64,000 bases of DNA, taken from the NCBI GenBank assembly GCA_028534125.1, contig CM052816.1, forward strand, positions 93,808,001 to 93,872,000, given 5' to 3'. Below, in pieces: positions 1 through 13,350 of this stretch. A program made the position numbers and the translations under genes. A model generated the notes under the pieces. That model ran no database searches. It saw only the letters and a program-made list of their open reading frames with translations, and was not told the origin of the DNA. Within the stretch, counting starts at the first letter, position 1, and every line of letters starts with the position of its first letter. The stretch is from Lama glama. Its lineage: Eukaryota.

Positions 1-660
1 TTGAAGTTATCTTGTGGGAATTCACTCAGTTTCTTGAGTCTGTAGCTGTATGTGTTTTGTCAAGTAGGAGAATTTCCCAGCCATCATTTTTTTTTTTTTT
101 GATTAGTTATCCAGTACCACCTCTTTCTTCTCCTTTAATGACTTTGTTGACATGAATATTTGATTTTTTGTTGTAGTCCCACAGGTCTCTGAGACTCTGT
201 TCATTTTCTGTTTCCATCTGTTTTCTCTCTACTCTTCAGATGGGGTAATTTCTATTGTTTTGTCTTCAAGTTCACTAATTCTTTCCTATGTTCTTTCTAC
301 TGTGCTGTTGAGCCCATCCACTGGGACCTTTTTCCCCTCTTCTGTTAGAAGATTACTCGGTCATAAAGTTTGATATTCTTTTCTTGTGTCACCTGTTTCT
401 TTGAGAATCTTTCACCTATTCATTTGTCATAGCTTTCTACATTTGCATTTGTTTCAGGGATTTAATTGCTTATTGAAGTCTTTTTATGATATCTGCTTTA
501 ACGTTTTAGTAGATAATTCTAACATCTTTGTCATCTTATTATTGGCATATACTTACTGTCACTTGTTCAATTTGAGACCTTCTTGGTTCTTGATGATGAG
601 CAATTTCTAATTGAAATTTGGGCAATCTGGACATTGCTATAAAACTCTGGATATTATTTC
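1..660 (-). mobile_element. Old LINE-1 (L1M-type) ORF1-region fragment, truncated by window start
   Basis: T-rich antisense sequence with L1M ORF1-like phrases (gtcccacaggtctctgagactctgttc; tcttcaagttcactaattctttc; ataattctaacatct). Recognised by eye. Confidence 0.7.
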
Positions 661-3504
661 TCACTATCTTAATTTTTTAAGCCATGTACATGAACAAGTT
701 TCAATACTTGAATACTGTGTAAGTTCTTGTTTAAACATATAGAGTGATTTATCTACAATCTTACATATATATCAATCATTTTATATTAAAAGACAATATA
801 TACAATCCGATAGAGAAATATTTTAAAATAAGTGTTTTAAAATTACCTTTTACACATTAATCTATATTCATTTTTGAATTTATATTTTACAACCTGTTAG
901 TTTATGAAAGAAACAAAAAGAATACAATTTTTCCTAATGGAATGTAAATTGATATTTAATTATGCCGATTGAGTAATTTTTATAAACCTTATACACAAAG
1001 AAATGAGTATCTCATCTTACAAGGATTTAAAAACTTATTGAAATTCATTGGGAGAACTGATTTACTTTTACTATTGGAATTTACATAACCACTTACCATA
1101 ATTACATCCACCTTTTTATGAGGTTCTGTAAAGGAAATAAATCATCCTTTTTGTAAATACCAAGAAACACATAGAGAACATATGATTTCATTTATTTCAT
1201 ACTCTAACAGTTGTGAGAAAAGATCACTTGAACATAATATAATAAATTGTTGCTATTTTAAAAAATAATTGCAAATCTATTATGTAGAAAAACCAAGATG
1301 TTAATTAAGTAGAAAGGTTGAAGTCTATTCTATATTAGAAAATAATAATGATAGTATAGTTGTTATTATGGGGAAATAACTTTTGGTAATTTACATTTAA
1401 CTAGAAAATCATCCATTTTCTCTAGTTTTCAAAATTTTCTCAGTACTATCTTGTAGTTTTGTCTTAAAATTATGTTTTCTTATTTTTATTATGTATACTT
1501 TTGCATACTTTTAAAATTTAGCTTTAATGGGAGCAATTCCTAACAGAAATGGAATTTTTCATAACACAACTATAACTGCTGCATAATATTTCCATGTGTT
1601 GTGTTAGCATTTTTGTATTTTAATTCTCTAATTGTTTGCCTAGAAGACATAATATTTACTGCATAAATATATGTTATATGACTGGATGGATATATGAGAA
1701 GATGAGTGATGGCAAGCCAAAATGTTTGTGAGGAAGAGGTTGGTAGATAAAATAAAAAAAAAAAAAGCTCTCAGAAAAGTAAAAAAAGAAAAATTTATTT
1801 TAAATAAACTTATTTTACTCAAATAAAATAGTAATGCAGGTAGAACACAAAATAAACCCTACAACTCCAATTGTTTGACACATCATTTGTATTGCTTGCA
1901 AAATTTAGGATATTTTAATATATTTCAATGTTTCTGCATTTTCTTAGATAACTTTTAGGAAGCTGAATAGCTGGCTTAAAGCTATGAGATTCTTTAAGGA
2001 TTTTAACATAGACTATACCATGAGCAAATTCTTGAGTTACTGTTGCTTTTAAGTAACATAACTATGTAGTAAATTAGGATAAGGTTCATAATAAACATTT
2101 TACAAAATATGTATAAAATATATGTAAAATGCTTGTGTGTGTAGATATCTTTAACCTCATAAAATAAGTAAATGTCCACATGTTCTCTAATGGAAAATCC
2201 TCAATTATCTTAGTCTGTTTACCTGTTTGGGTAGCAATAATCATGTATTTCCTGAAAAGTCTTAAAAAGCTGAAAATATATATAGCAAAATATAAAGACT
2301 CCCATCGACTAGCTTTGTTCTCATTTTCTCTCTCTCTTGTCTTTTTTTGAAACCCATCTTCTGCACACTTCTATGGTCAAATTGTACCTTATATATTTAA
2401 ATACTACTATTATGCATACATTTTACTAATCCATATTGTTACCCACTGTTCCATAAATGCCACTAGATGTTATTTCTAAAGCATTTGCCATGTGTCACCT
2501 TTTACTTCACTAACTATTGTGCTGTAATATAATATGCAAATATGCTCCTTCAGCGTGAGTTGCTGGTATAGCCTTTAACAGGTTTTCATCACAAGAATAC
2601 AACAGTCAGTTAACACAGTCATTTAGCATCAGGATATAATGTTGACAGGGATATATTTTGCCGAAACAGCTGTTCTCCAACCATTCTAAAGCACAATGAA
2701 CTTTTCCCTAAATAGTTACTGTGGAGAAATTAAATTGGTCAAAGCAGATGCTGTAATCTCAAATGTTGCTCGGTTTTCTTTATTGTCGACTCTGAGGAAC
2801 CACATCATGACCTAGTAATTGTAATAATGAAATATAAAAGAGTATCTGTTGGTGTAAAACATAAAGATGACTCTAAGATGAGGATGGAATACCTATCAAT
2901 AGCCTTCAGTTTTTCCCCACTGAGATGATAAATGGGATACATAACTGAGAAGAAAATCGAATTATTCTGTTAAAAAGAAAATGGAGTTCGTCATCAGAGA
3001 AGAAATCTCAGAAATACAGCAAAATGAATCAAAATGAAGGGGAATCAAACTAATGTGTGATTGTCTGCGTATGAGGGAAGTCAGTGGACCGTTCCCCAGC
3101 AAGACCAGTAAACTCAGAATGTCATGGGCTGCAGGTTAAGGCTCAGATTTGGGGCTTATTATGATCCCTGCAGTAACTCTAGGAAGTATATTCAGACTGC
3201 AGGGTGGTGTATGCAAAGGGAAGGCAGCCGCAGTAGTCAAAGCTGGGGGGTGGGTCTTACATTGCTTGATCCTGGCTAGTGCAGCAAAGAATGAAAGCAC
3301 TACTCATGCTAACCCACGTCTGCCATAAACCAAGGAAATAGCCTCTTCAACAGAGGATGAAACCACACTGATCGTGATGACCTTCTTCTTCCTAACAAGC
3401 TGATGCACATCTGAAATGTTCTAGCCTCCTCCCTTGGTCCAAACCTGGAAAGCGAGGAGCCACACGAAGTCTAAGAAAGAGTGCTTTGATTATTAGTAAC
3501 TTAT

Positions 3505-3662
3505 TAACTTACCTCATTTGCTTCTCACAAAACGCTATGGGTGCCCTATTTCTAGCATGAGGAAACAGATCCATTTAGATATAACCGCATTATCTTAGAT
3601 GATCAAGCTAGAAAGTGGCAAAGCTGGGATTCAAATGCTAAACTGTAGAAATTCAAAGCCCT
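3505..3662 (-). mobile_element. MIR SINE fragment
   Basis: Antisense MIR core: ctcattt..ctcacaa..., atgaggaaacaga, agctagaaagtggcaaagctgggattcaaa. Confidence 0.75.
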
Positions 3663-4169
3663 TAGGAGTAGCAAATACGCCATAGAGTTTGTGTTGTACA
3701 GAATCCTGTTGCCAGTCTCAAATAAAATTCCATGAAGAAGAACAAGTAGTGGGTAAAATTTATCAATGTATTTCGGTGAAAAAAAATTTAAGCAAAACAG
3801 TAACGAACAGTATCCAGCACTAAATGAAACAAGCAGTGTAGCCCGAATAGCATTGTTTCAAGAACAGCAGGAGCCCTCACCCCTGGAAAGCATTTTAATG
3901 TTTCACCACGCTCATATTTAAAGCCAAAAAAAATTATTTTTTACCAAATGTGCTGATAGATATAACACAACTGAAAAAAGTCACCATAAATGAATTAAAT
4001 GATACTTATTCAATGTGATTAGAGATATAAAACTTAAAATAAATAACTATATTCAAAATATGTACACAAACATAATTTTAGATATAAATAACTGCATCCA
4101 AGGCTATTTTTCAAAAGTTATTTTTCATGCTCTGACCTGAGTTGCACATACTGAAACAAAAGCATTGTA

Positions 4170-5060
4170 TTGTATGAAGATTCTCTACATTAAAAACCTT
4201 AGGAAATTTATCACATTACCTGGATTTCAGCAAGGGCATTGTTTTATACATAGATAAGCAAAATTCAATAGCTTGAATATGTAACAGAAATGATCAATTA
4301 GGAAATACAATGAAAAACAAATTCCAGTCACAAAAACTACAAAACGTTAAATTACACAGAAATAAATTTTATAATAAATTAGAAAAGGAAACCATAAAAC
4401 ATTTTACTTTTTCAAAATAGGACTAAATGGTGATATAAACCACATAACACGGCAAAATAGTATATAAATTTCACGTAATTTGAAATAAAAGTATCAACAT
4501 TCTCCTTTGGGTGAGAAATTGGTAAATTAATCTTAAATTTCATGGGGAAGAATATATGAGAATATCTAAAATACTTTTTTAAAGGATGCTTAATTATGCT
4601 GTATCCCATTTGATTGTTTCCTCATAGGGAACAAAGAATGAAGAAATACAACAATAGCAAATATAAAAAGAGAGAAACATAAATGTGTAAGTTTTTATTG
4701 CATGAAAAACCTCATTTTTTTTAAATCAGTCAAGAAAGGAGTTTTATCTATAAGTTATGAATTTAGAAGAAAAAATATTTCATATCTCTTCTTCTAATCA
4801 TTTACAAAACTAAATTCCAAATAATTCAGAGTTTTTAAAACTGGAATATCTAAAAATTTTTACTATTCACAAACATCCAAATATTTTATTAATTGCACAA
4901 GTAATAGCTTTTCTGTCACGAGAGACTAAGCCTTACTAATAAAAAAGAATTGACTGAATAAATTGCATAAAATTATAAATACATGTATGGTAAATTTAAA
5001 ATATTGAAAATTACAAAACTGGAGAACATATACAATCCACATGAATATTCAAAAGAATGT
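4170..5060 (+). mobile_element. Highly degenerate L1ME-type ORF2 fragment
   Basis: A-rich strand with decayed ORF2 phrases (aaattcaatagc, aattaatcttaaatttcatgg, aaaactaaattccaaata). Confidence 0.55.
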
Positions 5061-5424
5061 TTCAAAGTAGAACTGAAGGTGAGCTATTGGTGAAGACAAG
5101 GACTTTATATTAAACATTATTGCAGTAGGAGGCAGTGAGGAACAAGAGTTTTCACTGAGCAAGGACCAAATATACCGGGAGAACAAATCCACTGACCCAC
5201 ATGGTAGGGTGGTCACTCATTGTCTCATTTTTCAATATTCTTGTGAACTGGTGACCAGCTAGCTCCTTGAGGAGGACCCATAGAACCTGTTTGCAACCAT
5301 CTGCTCCTTGGTATTTGTTTCTCAAAATATTTAACAACTATTTGCTTTTCTCAGTTCTCAAAATTGCCTTCTATGAAGAAGTTTGCAGGTGCAAAAGTAC
5401 AGCTTCTGAAAAATGCTTAAATCT

Positions 5425-5920
5425 GTGGGTAACAGAAAACCAAATTAAATTGGCTTAAGCAGTAAAGGAACTCTATCCCTGATATCAGTGAAATACTGTG
5501 CCTCAAATAAGACTTCAATTCAAGTTTGTTTTCCTCTATGGCTCTTAATTTTGTCATGCTCTCTGTGTGTTGACTCCATTCTCAGACTGACTTGGTAGCA
5601 ACATGACTGTCAACATCTTGGGTGATTACATATTTTTTATTCATATCCAGAGACATGAAGATGGTATACATTACCAACAAGTTAATAAGTATAATTCCTG
5701 GGCTTCCCTCTAGTTGGTCCAAAGTAGGTCCCCTTCCTACCATTAATTTCATTTGGCCCCACGTGCGTCTCCTCCCCCAGGGTATGAGTACGTGTGATGA
5801 ATAAACAGTGATGGATCTCATCTGCTCCATGTTGAGTGGTGGTGTTTGCCCCCATAACCACAGGGTGGGATTCTTCGCTTTCCAACAGGGTGAATAGGAG
5901 GTGATCAAAATAATCCATTC
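5425..5920 (-). mobile_element. Old MaLR LTR (MLT1J/K-like) fragment
   Basis: gtaacagaaaaccaaattaaattggcttaagcagtaaagg resembles the antisense 3' end of old MLT1 LTRs; the remainder is weak. Confidence 0.45.
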
Positions 5921-6009
5921 AGATCATTAAACTCTAAATTCATTAATTTAATTTCCTGTTCTATAACTCCATAGAGGTCTGCTAAATGTCTCAAATTCAA
6001 GACTTTCAA

Positions 6010-6137
6010 GTGTAGGGTATATCTCAGTGGTAAAGTACTTGCCTAGCATGCGTGAGGTCCTGGGTTCAATCCCCAGTACCTCCATTAAATAGACAAATAA
6101 ACCAAATATCTCCCCCTAAAATTTTTTTTTAAAAAAA
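6010..6137 (+). mobile_element. Camelid tRNA-derived SINE (Vic-1-like)
   Basis: tRNA-like head agggtatatctcagtggtaaag...cctagcatgcgtgaggtcctgggttcaatccccagtacctcc with Pol III A/B boxes, then an AT-rich tail. Lies within L2-like sequence. Confidence 0.85.
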
Positions 6138-6779
6138 CCTTCTAAACTGAGCTACAATTGCCCCAGCACCTAGCACAGACCTTGGTACACTGGGCCATAG
6201 GGGTTGGATGAGTAAATGGAACTACAGTTTAAGAAGGGAAATTTATTACATACGTGTTCTCACACATAACTTTAAAAACAACTAAGATGTTTGGCAAGGA
6301 CTGTAAATTTTCTCATCTTAACAGCCATCTCAGTATGGATAAATATAGATATAAATGTGCATATTTGCATTTGGTGTATGTATGTCTACATACCAATTTG
6401 TATGTATGAATATGTCTTTTTAGTATTTAGTATTTGACTTTTCTTCTTTTTTCACTTTAATATAAATAATTCTGAATTATAATTTTACTCACCTCATGGT
6501 ATTTGACCATGGCTTTCCTTCGCCAGAGTTGATTATGGTATCGAATCAGTTCAGCCTTGTCACATACACTTGTGGAAGATTAGTATCACATAATTTGGGG
6601 AGGTTCAATTCTCATCCATACTCAACACAGATAAGTATATTTTTTATGTTATCTCTTTGCAAAAGGCAACAAGTGTCCAGAGATAGAAAAAGGGTTTTGT
6701 AATTAATACAAAGGTATGATTTGAGCTGGATCTTATTTTACTGGTTTTCACTAGAATTTCAAAGTAGTTCATAAATCTA

Positions 6780-6965
6780 TTTTATGTAAATATATAATTT
6801 ATATTATATATAATTATATAAATATAAAATATATACACACATAAATTTATATACATATACATACTTTCAGTTCATTTCAGGAAAATCAATATTGCATATT
6901 TAGAATATTTAATAACATTGAAATAATATTAGTAATATTTAATAACATTCCTAATAATATTAGGA
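6780..6965. repeat. AT-rich low-complexity tract followed by a ~30-bp tandem duplication
   Basis: (TA)-rich 6780-6862; tag(t)aatatttaataacatt..ataatat occurs twice at about 6901-6963. Confidence 0.7.
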
Positions 6966-7028
6966 AACATATGATGCACAAAGAAACAGCGAAATGGAAT
7001 CAATTGTAAAAAGTATTAGCCATTCTGT

Positions 7029-7112
7029 CAAGGGTTGCAAATTCTTTCTGTAAAGAGCAAGACAATAAACATTTGAGATTTTGGCTAGCAGACCACAGTC
7101 AGCTGACCCCTA
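7029..7112. mobile_element. MER58A-like hAT-Charlie MITE, internally deleted
   Basis: Left end caagggttgcaaattctttctgtaaagagc and right end ttggctagcagaccacagtcagctgaccccta match the two MER58 termini, with the middle missing. Confidence 0.65.
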
Positions 7113-9184
7113 ATCTAGGTATTGAAAACTAGGTTATTTTCATTATTCATTTGTTACACTTTGTTAAATGTTCAAATTGACCATCATAATCATCTACTGG
7201 TTTTCTAACACATTATTAAAAAATAAGTAGTAATATTTGGAGCATGATAGTAACAGAGATCAAAGATTAATTATTTAGCTATTAAAAATCAGTTAATATA
7301 CAGCATAAATGATCACTTCCTGCCTTTCTGAGGGTCTAGTTCAATGATGCATCTGAAAGTTGTGTTTCTAGCCAAAAGAAACTAGTTCTCATTTATTAGC
7401 ATGGTTTTGTCCCTTTGGTTTTCAAAAAAGCTTTTTTTATCCACACACAATTCTATTGCTTATGTTTTGCAGGGAATTGGAACTTGTTTTCATGTGTTAA
7501 ATGCACTTCTCACACATTCTTAAAAGTCAGTCTAGGATGGATCAGCGGTATTGGAAAGAGAAGCAGACACGGAGAAACAGAACATCAGAAGTGTTAATCT
7601 TTCTGAAAGCTCATGAATTTTCTCCTCAGACAGAGCTTGTCAGACAAACCTTGGTTCATGCAGTAAATATGACACTTCTGTAAATGTGACCCAGTCCTTA
7701 CCTCACCTTACTAAGCAGCAGTTTTTTCAGAGCAAGAAGGATTTGTTGCTGTGATAGAAATGTCATTCAGCTGTCCTTGCTGGATCTCCAGCATGACAAG
7801 CGTACAATCTAAATAAGTTGGTTTAATCTTTCCCCGTCTTTTCCTTCTTTTCACTTTCAGATAGATTTCAAAGCAAATTTAGATATTCATTCTATAATGT
7901 TCTATAGTTTCATTACTAAACTAAAAGATTATACTAAAAGTTCTATGCGAAAAGATATTAATACCATCTTCTCCAAGTCCACTTCATCAATAGTCTGTAA
8001 AATAATTTAACCTACAGGAAGAGCCCCTCCACCAGATAACAGCCCATTTTAATTCAGGTCTGCAGAAAACTCTCAGCCTCATACCTACACGACAGAAAGC
8101 AACTGGGTTCAGTTGCTATGCTCTGCCTTGGCTTCTCCACCAAGCTGCAGGCTTCCATCTGTGACCATCATACTGGTTCTGTCAGGATAATTTTGTTTCT
8201 TCTTTCACTCACGGCACCCTGTCCCACAGCGCTGAACAATCTGCCTCCCACATGCCTCTATCACTTGGGGGGGCTGACGCTTCTCCTTTCAACCTGACCA
8301 CAGCCTGTCAGCCTCTGCAAAATGACTCATCACATAGAATGACCTGAAAGCTATTCAGCTGGACAAAAAATATCTACAAATCCACTTCTGTGTGCTTACC
8401 CCATAGGCCTGAGTCAAATTAAACAGTAATGGCCAAACTCTCTACTACCACTTAAAAAAGAAATCTCCAACTTCTAGAAGCATGTCTGTTGAGGACCATT
8501 GCCTCCAACCCATATCTTGCCCGTTCTGACTTACTGCCTCTCCATGAAACATTTCATTACAGAACTTCCGAAGTAATCACCAAACAACCTCTCAGTCATT
8601 TTAAAATAGATCTATGGAGCAAGACGAATAAAAGAAAAGATGGAGGAGATGATGGGTGGTCCCACATTTTCTATCCTTCCTTATTCTTTCCCTAGGATTT
8701 TAGAAGTTCCTTTCTCACAGAAACAGAAGCATTTTCATTATAATGATAATAATGGCAGTCGGCAAAATTTTCATGAAAAGAATTACAATTTGAACATGGT
8801 TTCCATCTCACTTTTTATTTATGTCTTTGAAGGAGAAAAATATTTTCCAGTTCTCATTCATATTTAAAAGTTATCCTTTGTTTAAGTAAAACATATTTGT
8901 TAGGGTAAATATTTTATTATATTGTACATGCTATAACTTTAAAAGACATAATATAGATAAATAAAAAGCTGTATTTCTATGATATTTACTCTAATCGGAA
9001 AATAAATATTTTTTAAAACTTGCCCTCAAGAACTGAAATTATAGCCAGAATAATTGAAAAATTGCATGTACTTGTGCTTTTTAGAAAATTGAGTTTGATT
9101 TTAAAATCAATCAGCCTCGACTCAGTCATGACATTTTCTAGCTCGTACTTTTTTGCCATGTTTTTCTTTCAGTCTCAAAATCCT

Positions 9185-9315
9185 GGTATAAATATGAAAA
9201 TAATAAAGGCCAAATAATGGATTGTTGTAATCGTGAAAAGAAATAGCTAGTTGAGCTTGCTTCTGTATACCTATGTATCACTACCTGGTATACAGTAAGT
9301 ATGCAATAAAGGAGA
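9185..9315 (+). mobile_element. MIR 3' fragment
   Basis: ggattgttgtaa ... cctggtatacagtaagtatgcaataaa resembles the MIR 3' end. Confidence 0.55.
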
Positions 9316-10369
9316 GCTCTTCTACCTTTGTTCTAGTTCAGTTGAAGGTTCATAGATCATTTCAAATGTTTTATGACAAGCTCTTCTACTTGGTCATTGG
9401 AAATGATGGTGGAGTATCATTTAAGTAGATACAATGTCTGTGACATTGTATTGAAGTGGTGTCACGAATTGTCAGCTTTGTATAGTTGATCCACTTCATT
9501 CTGTACCAGCTGAAGTCACTGGGTGAGTAGTTTCAGGTATGTAGACTCAGTGAATTATAGTAATCAGATCTAGAAATTATAAAGCTAGGAACGTCTGTGG
9601 CTTATTCTGCATTCCTGGGGTGAGGTTGTGCCCTCCATGTCAACTGCAGGTGCAGATTTATTCCATTTGCTCCAAAGTGAAAATTGATTCTCTCCCTTCC
9701 CATCACAACACATCGTGTAACAAATTACATCTTGACTTAGAGCTGGGTTGAGTCAGAGGTTTCTACTAATAGCCACATCTGTGGGAATTGATGGCAGATG
9801 GCTAAGCTGATGTATCTCTATTGGCAAAGTAGAATTTAGTGCTCCACTCAGGAATTGCGCCACAGTTTTCAGCATTATGAAGGTTTGTACAACAGACATA
9901 TTCCTTAATTACAACAACGGTCTATAAAATTTGACACTGTTAAACAATACTATTGGAGATAATCTTTAAAATCATTTTATTATTCAAATATAAAGCTCTT
10001 TTACCAAAACTTGTGAATTTATTTCTAACATGGAAGGTTGTTGATAAACTTGTATATATAATTTTGGTTCTCTTCGTGCTTCTAGAAAGAAAAATCCCTA
10101 TCAAAATTATTTTCAAATAATTTCAGAATATATTCTCAATACTATCATCTGGATATTTAAATTTTAAATGAGAATTAGCATCTGTGACTGCAATCAGGGC
10201 AGATGACTGTCTGAGCATCTTTCTGAAGCACTATGTGTACTGTTCTGTCTGAATCTATATGTTTCTCTTTTTCTCCATTTGTTTTTAAAATTATGCTCCT
10301 TTTCTTGCTTCTTCTATGACAAAGTTTTTCCTCTGTCATTAAAAACAATGATGTTGTTAATGTCAACAT

Positions 10370-10500
10370 ATTTATTCATTGATTCATACATTATTTCTTT
10401 CATTCATTCAATCATTTGACATTTATTAAGCAGTTACATCATGTCAAGGGAAGATCTAACTGCTACAGAACTGAAAGATGAATAATCAATATTTTGACTC
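10370..10500 (-). mobile_element. L2 3' end fragment
   Basis: (ttca)n tail followed by acatttattaagc, typical of an antisense L2 3' end. Confidence 0.6.
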
Positions 10501-10569
10501 AAACAAGTTTACACTTGAGCCTGTGAGCAGAGTTTATGTTTAATTGATGTGATCTTTAAAAAACGGTGA

Positions 10570-11647
10570 TGTTGGCTTCCTGATAGAATAAAGTAAGAGG
10601 GACTAAATTTACCCTCCCATCTTAACCAATCAAAAAATGGACCAAACATATGAAACAAAGTTTTCAGATTTTGGAGAACTAGCAGTCCAGACAATTATCC
10701 TTGAGACAAAGGAAACAAAAATATGAGGTCTACAGTTGCCCCAGATTACAGATTAGAGAGACTTTTCAAGCCACAATACAGGGAAATTTGAGAAATCTAA
10801 ACCAAGTCTAGCAATCTTTTTGAGTTGAAATACAAATTCCCTATTTGTGGAAGGCAGGCAACTGGAATCCATGGGCTGGGTACTAAGGAAAATGCTGTTC
10901 AGAGAGAGAAAACTGAACAGAAAGAAAGATCTAGAGATCTTTAGAGGGTGTCCCTCGAGTGTTTAGTTGAGTGTTGTTCAGTGCACACGGAGATACACTG
11001 GAAGCTGAGCAAAGAAACACCAGAGAGAAAACAGATGGGGGCTCTTGAGCTTACATCCAAGAACTGTAAGACAATATCAAACATTATACACATAATATGT
11101 GTATTATCTCAAAGAAACCAAATAAATTCCATTAATAGACCTACACAGATATGATCCACTGATCTTGACAAAGGTTCCAAGGAAAATTCAAGGAGAAAGG
11201 ATAACACTTTCAACAAATAATGCCAGATCAATTGAATAGTGACATGAGATAAACATAGACATAAGATTTGGACATTTCACAAAGGAAGAGATATAAAAAT
11301 CCAATGAGCCCATGGAAATGTGTTCAATGCTATTACTAAGTAAATGTGAACTAAATCCTGAAAAGTTTACTAACTCCTCAGCCCCAGTAGAATGGCTAAT
11401 ACTGAAGTGACTTATGATATCAAGTGTTAGCAAAGATGTTGAACAACTGATCTTTTCACACATTGCTGATGGGTTTGTAACATGATGCAAATATGGATGC
11501 TAGTTAGAACGATTACACTGAGCGAAAAAAGCCAGATTGAATCACTGCATACTCTATTATTTCAACTATATGAAAGTTTAGAAAAATCAAAAGTAGTCCA
11601 CAATGAGAATCAGCTAAGTGGTTTTCCTGGGGTTGGAACTGTGGGTT
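10570..11647 (+). mobile_element. Old L1M fragments (5' UTR piece joined to ORF2/3' UTR pieces)
   Basis: 5'-end phrase gggactaaatttaccctcccatc...tatgaaacaaagttttcaga; later ttggacatttcacaaaggaagagatata and cattgctgatggg. Confidence 0.65.
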
Positions 11648-12124
11648 TGTTAGGGTTGAATTGTGCCCCCTCCACTCAAAGATGTGTTGAAGTCCTAATT
11701 CCCAGTAATTTTGCGTATGACCTTATTTGGAAATGGGATTTTTGCAGGTCAAATTAAGATGAGGTCATACTAGATTAAGGTAAAGCCTAGTCCAATAGGA
11801 CTGGTGTCCTTAAAAGAAGAGAAAACAAAGACATCTGAAGGAGACTGTGAAGATACAGAGACACACAGACACAGAGGGAAGATGACCTTGGAAAGATAAA
11901 GACATGGATTAGCGTTACTTTGCCACAAACCAAAGAATGCTTGGGGCTACCAGAACCTAGAAGAGTCAAGGAGGCATCTTCCCTAGAGATTTGGAAGGGA
12001 GCATGGCCCTGACAATACCTTGATCGTACACCTGTACCCTCCAGAACAGTAAGAGAATGTGTTTATCTTCTCTTAAGCAATCAGTCTGTGGTACTTTGCT
12101 ACAGCAGCCTAGGAAACAAACACA
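11648..12124 (+). mobile_element. MaLR solo LTR, MLT1C-like
   Basis: Starts tgttagggttgaattgtgcccc; internal gaccttatttggaaat, gatgaggtcatac, gactggtgtcctt; ends gtggtactttgctacagcagcctaggaaacaaacaca. Confidence 0.9.
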
Positions 12125-12164
12125 GATTTGATGCCTGAAATGGAGCACAGGTATCTTTTTTTCT

Positions 12165-12735
12165 ATATATTTCTGAATTTCAGTGAAATGCACGTTACAT
12201 AAAATTTAGCATCTTAACCATTTCTAAGTGTACAGTTCAGTTGCATTAAGTACTTATGCATTGTGCAACTTTCACTGCCATTCATGTCTAGAACACCTTT
12301 CATCATGCAAAACTAAAACTATGTACACATTAAACTACAACTCCCCATTCTTGCCTAACCCCTAATGCCTGGAAGACACTATACTGTTTTCTGTCTATAA
12401 ATTTGATTGTTCTAGGTATGTCTGGGTGGGTTCATACAGTATTTGTCTTTTTGTGACTAGCTTATGTGGCTTAGAATACTGCTTACAAGGTTCATCCCCA
12501 TTGTAGCATATGTTAGAATTCCATTTCTTCTTGAGGCTGAATAATGGTCCACTGCAAGTATACACCACATTTTTTAATCTATTCAACAGGCAATGAACAC
12601 TTAGGTTGCTTCTACCTTTCAGCTGTTGTAAATAATGCTGCTATGAACCTGGGTGTACAAATATCTCAAGACCCTGTTGCCAGTTCCTCTGGCCATATAC
12701 CCGGAAGTGGAATGCTGGAGCATATGGCAACTCAG
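12165..12735 (-). mobile_element. L1MB-type 3' end fragment
   Basis: acataaaatttagcatcttaaccatttctaagtgtacagttcag...aataatgctgctatgaac; minus ORF 12395-12586 resembles the ORF2 C-terminus. Confidence 0.85.
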
Positions 12736-12744
12736 GTGTCCTTT

Positions 12745-13350
12745 TTGATGATGCTAATATTCATTTTCTTGATTTTGTCTGTGGGTACAGAGTTGCATGT
12801 GTTTGTCATAATTTAATAACATTATTAAAATAAGTATCTTTCACTTTGTACAAATTGCAAAAATGTGGTTAAGAAATAGAGCAGCAAATCAAATTTGCAG
12901 AGAATGTGGCGCAAATGTAATTCTTACACATTGCTTGTGTGAGTGTAAAATTGTTAAAACAGTTTGGGGACAAATAGATTTTGCTCTTTCTCGTTAAGCA
13001 CTATACTTAAGCCTACCCCATCAGCCAGAAATCCCACTTATTCAGAACAGTTAAAAGTTGGAAACAAACCAAACATCTATGAAAAGGAGAAAGGGAAACA
13101 AATGTGGTATCTGCATACAATGGAATATTATGCAACAATAAAATATCATTCTTCCAGTTTCCTCACAGTAGCACAAAATGAATTATGCAAAAGCATGCAT
13201 GAATCTCTAAACTTTATGTGAGAAAAAATATAAACTATATGTTTCTATTCTACAGCTTGTTTTGGATCATTTATTACATGAGTATAAAATTCATTGAATT
13301 ACGCCCTTCAAATTTATGCATTTTACCCTTTATAAATAATACTTCAAAAA
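12745..13350 (+). mobile_element. Degenerate L1ME 3' fragments
   Basis: ttggaaacaaaccaaacatctat...aaatgtggtatctgcatacaatggaatattatgcaacaataaaa. Confidence 0.6.

Noticed and set aside
6010..6085. tRNA gene
   Set aside because: The tRNA-like head continues into a SINE body and tail, and a second diverged copy with a TSD is at 25349-25488; it is a SINE.
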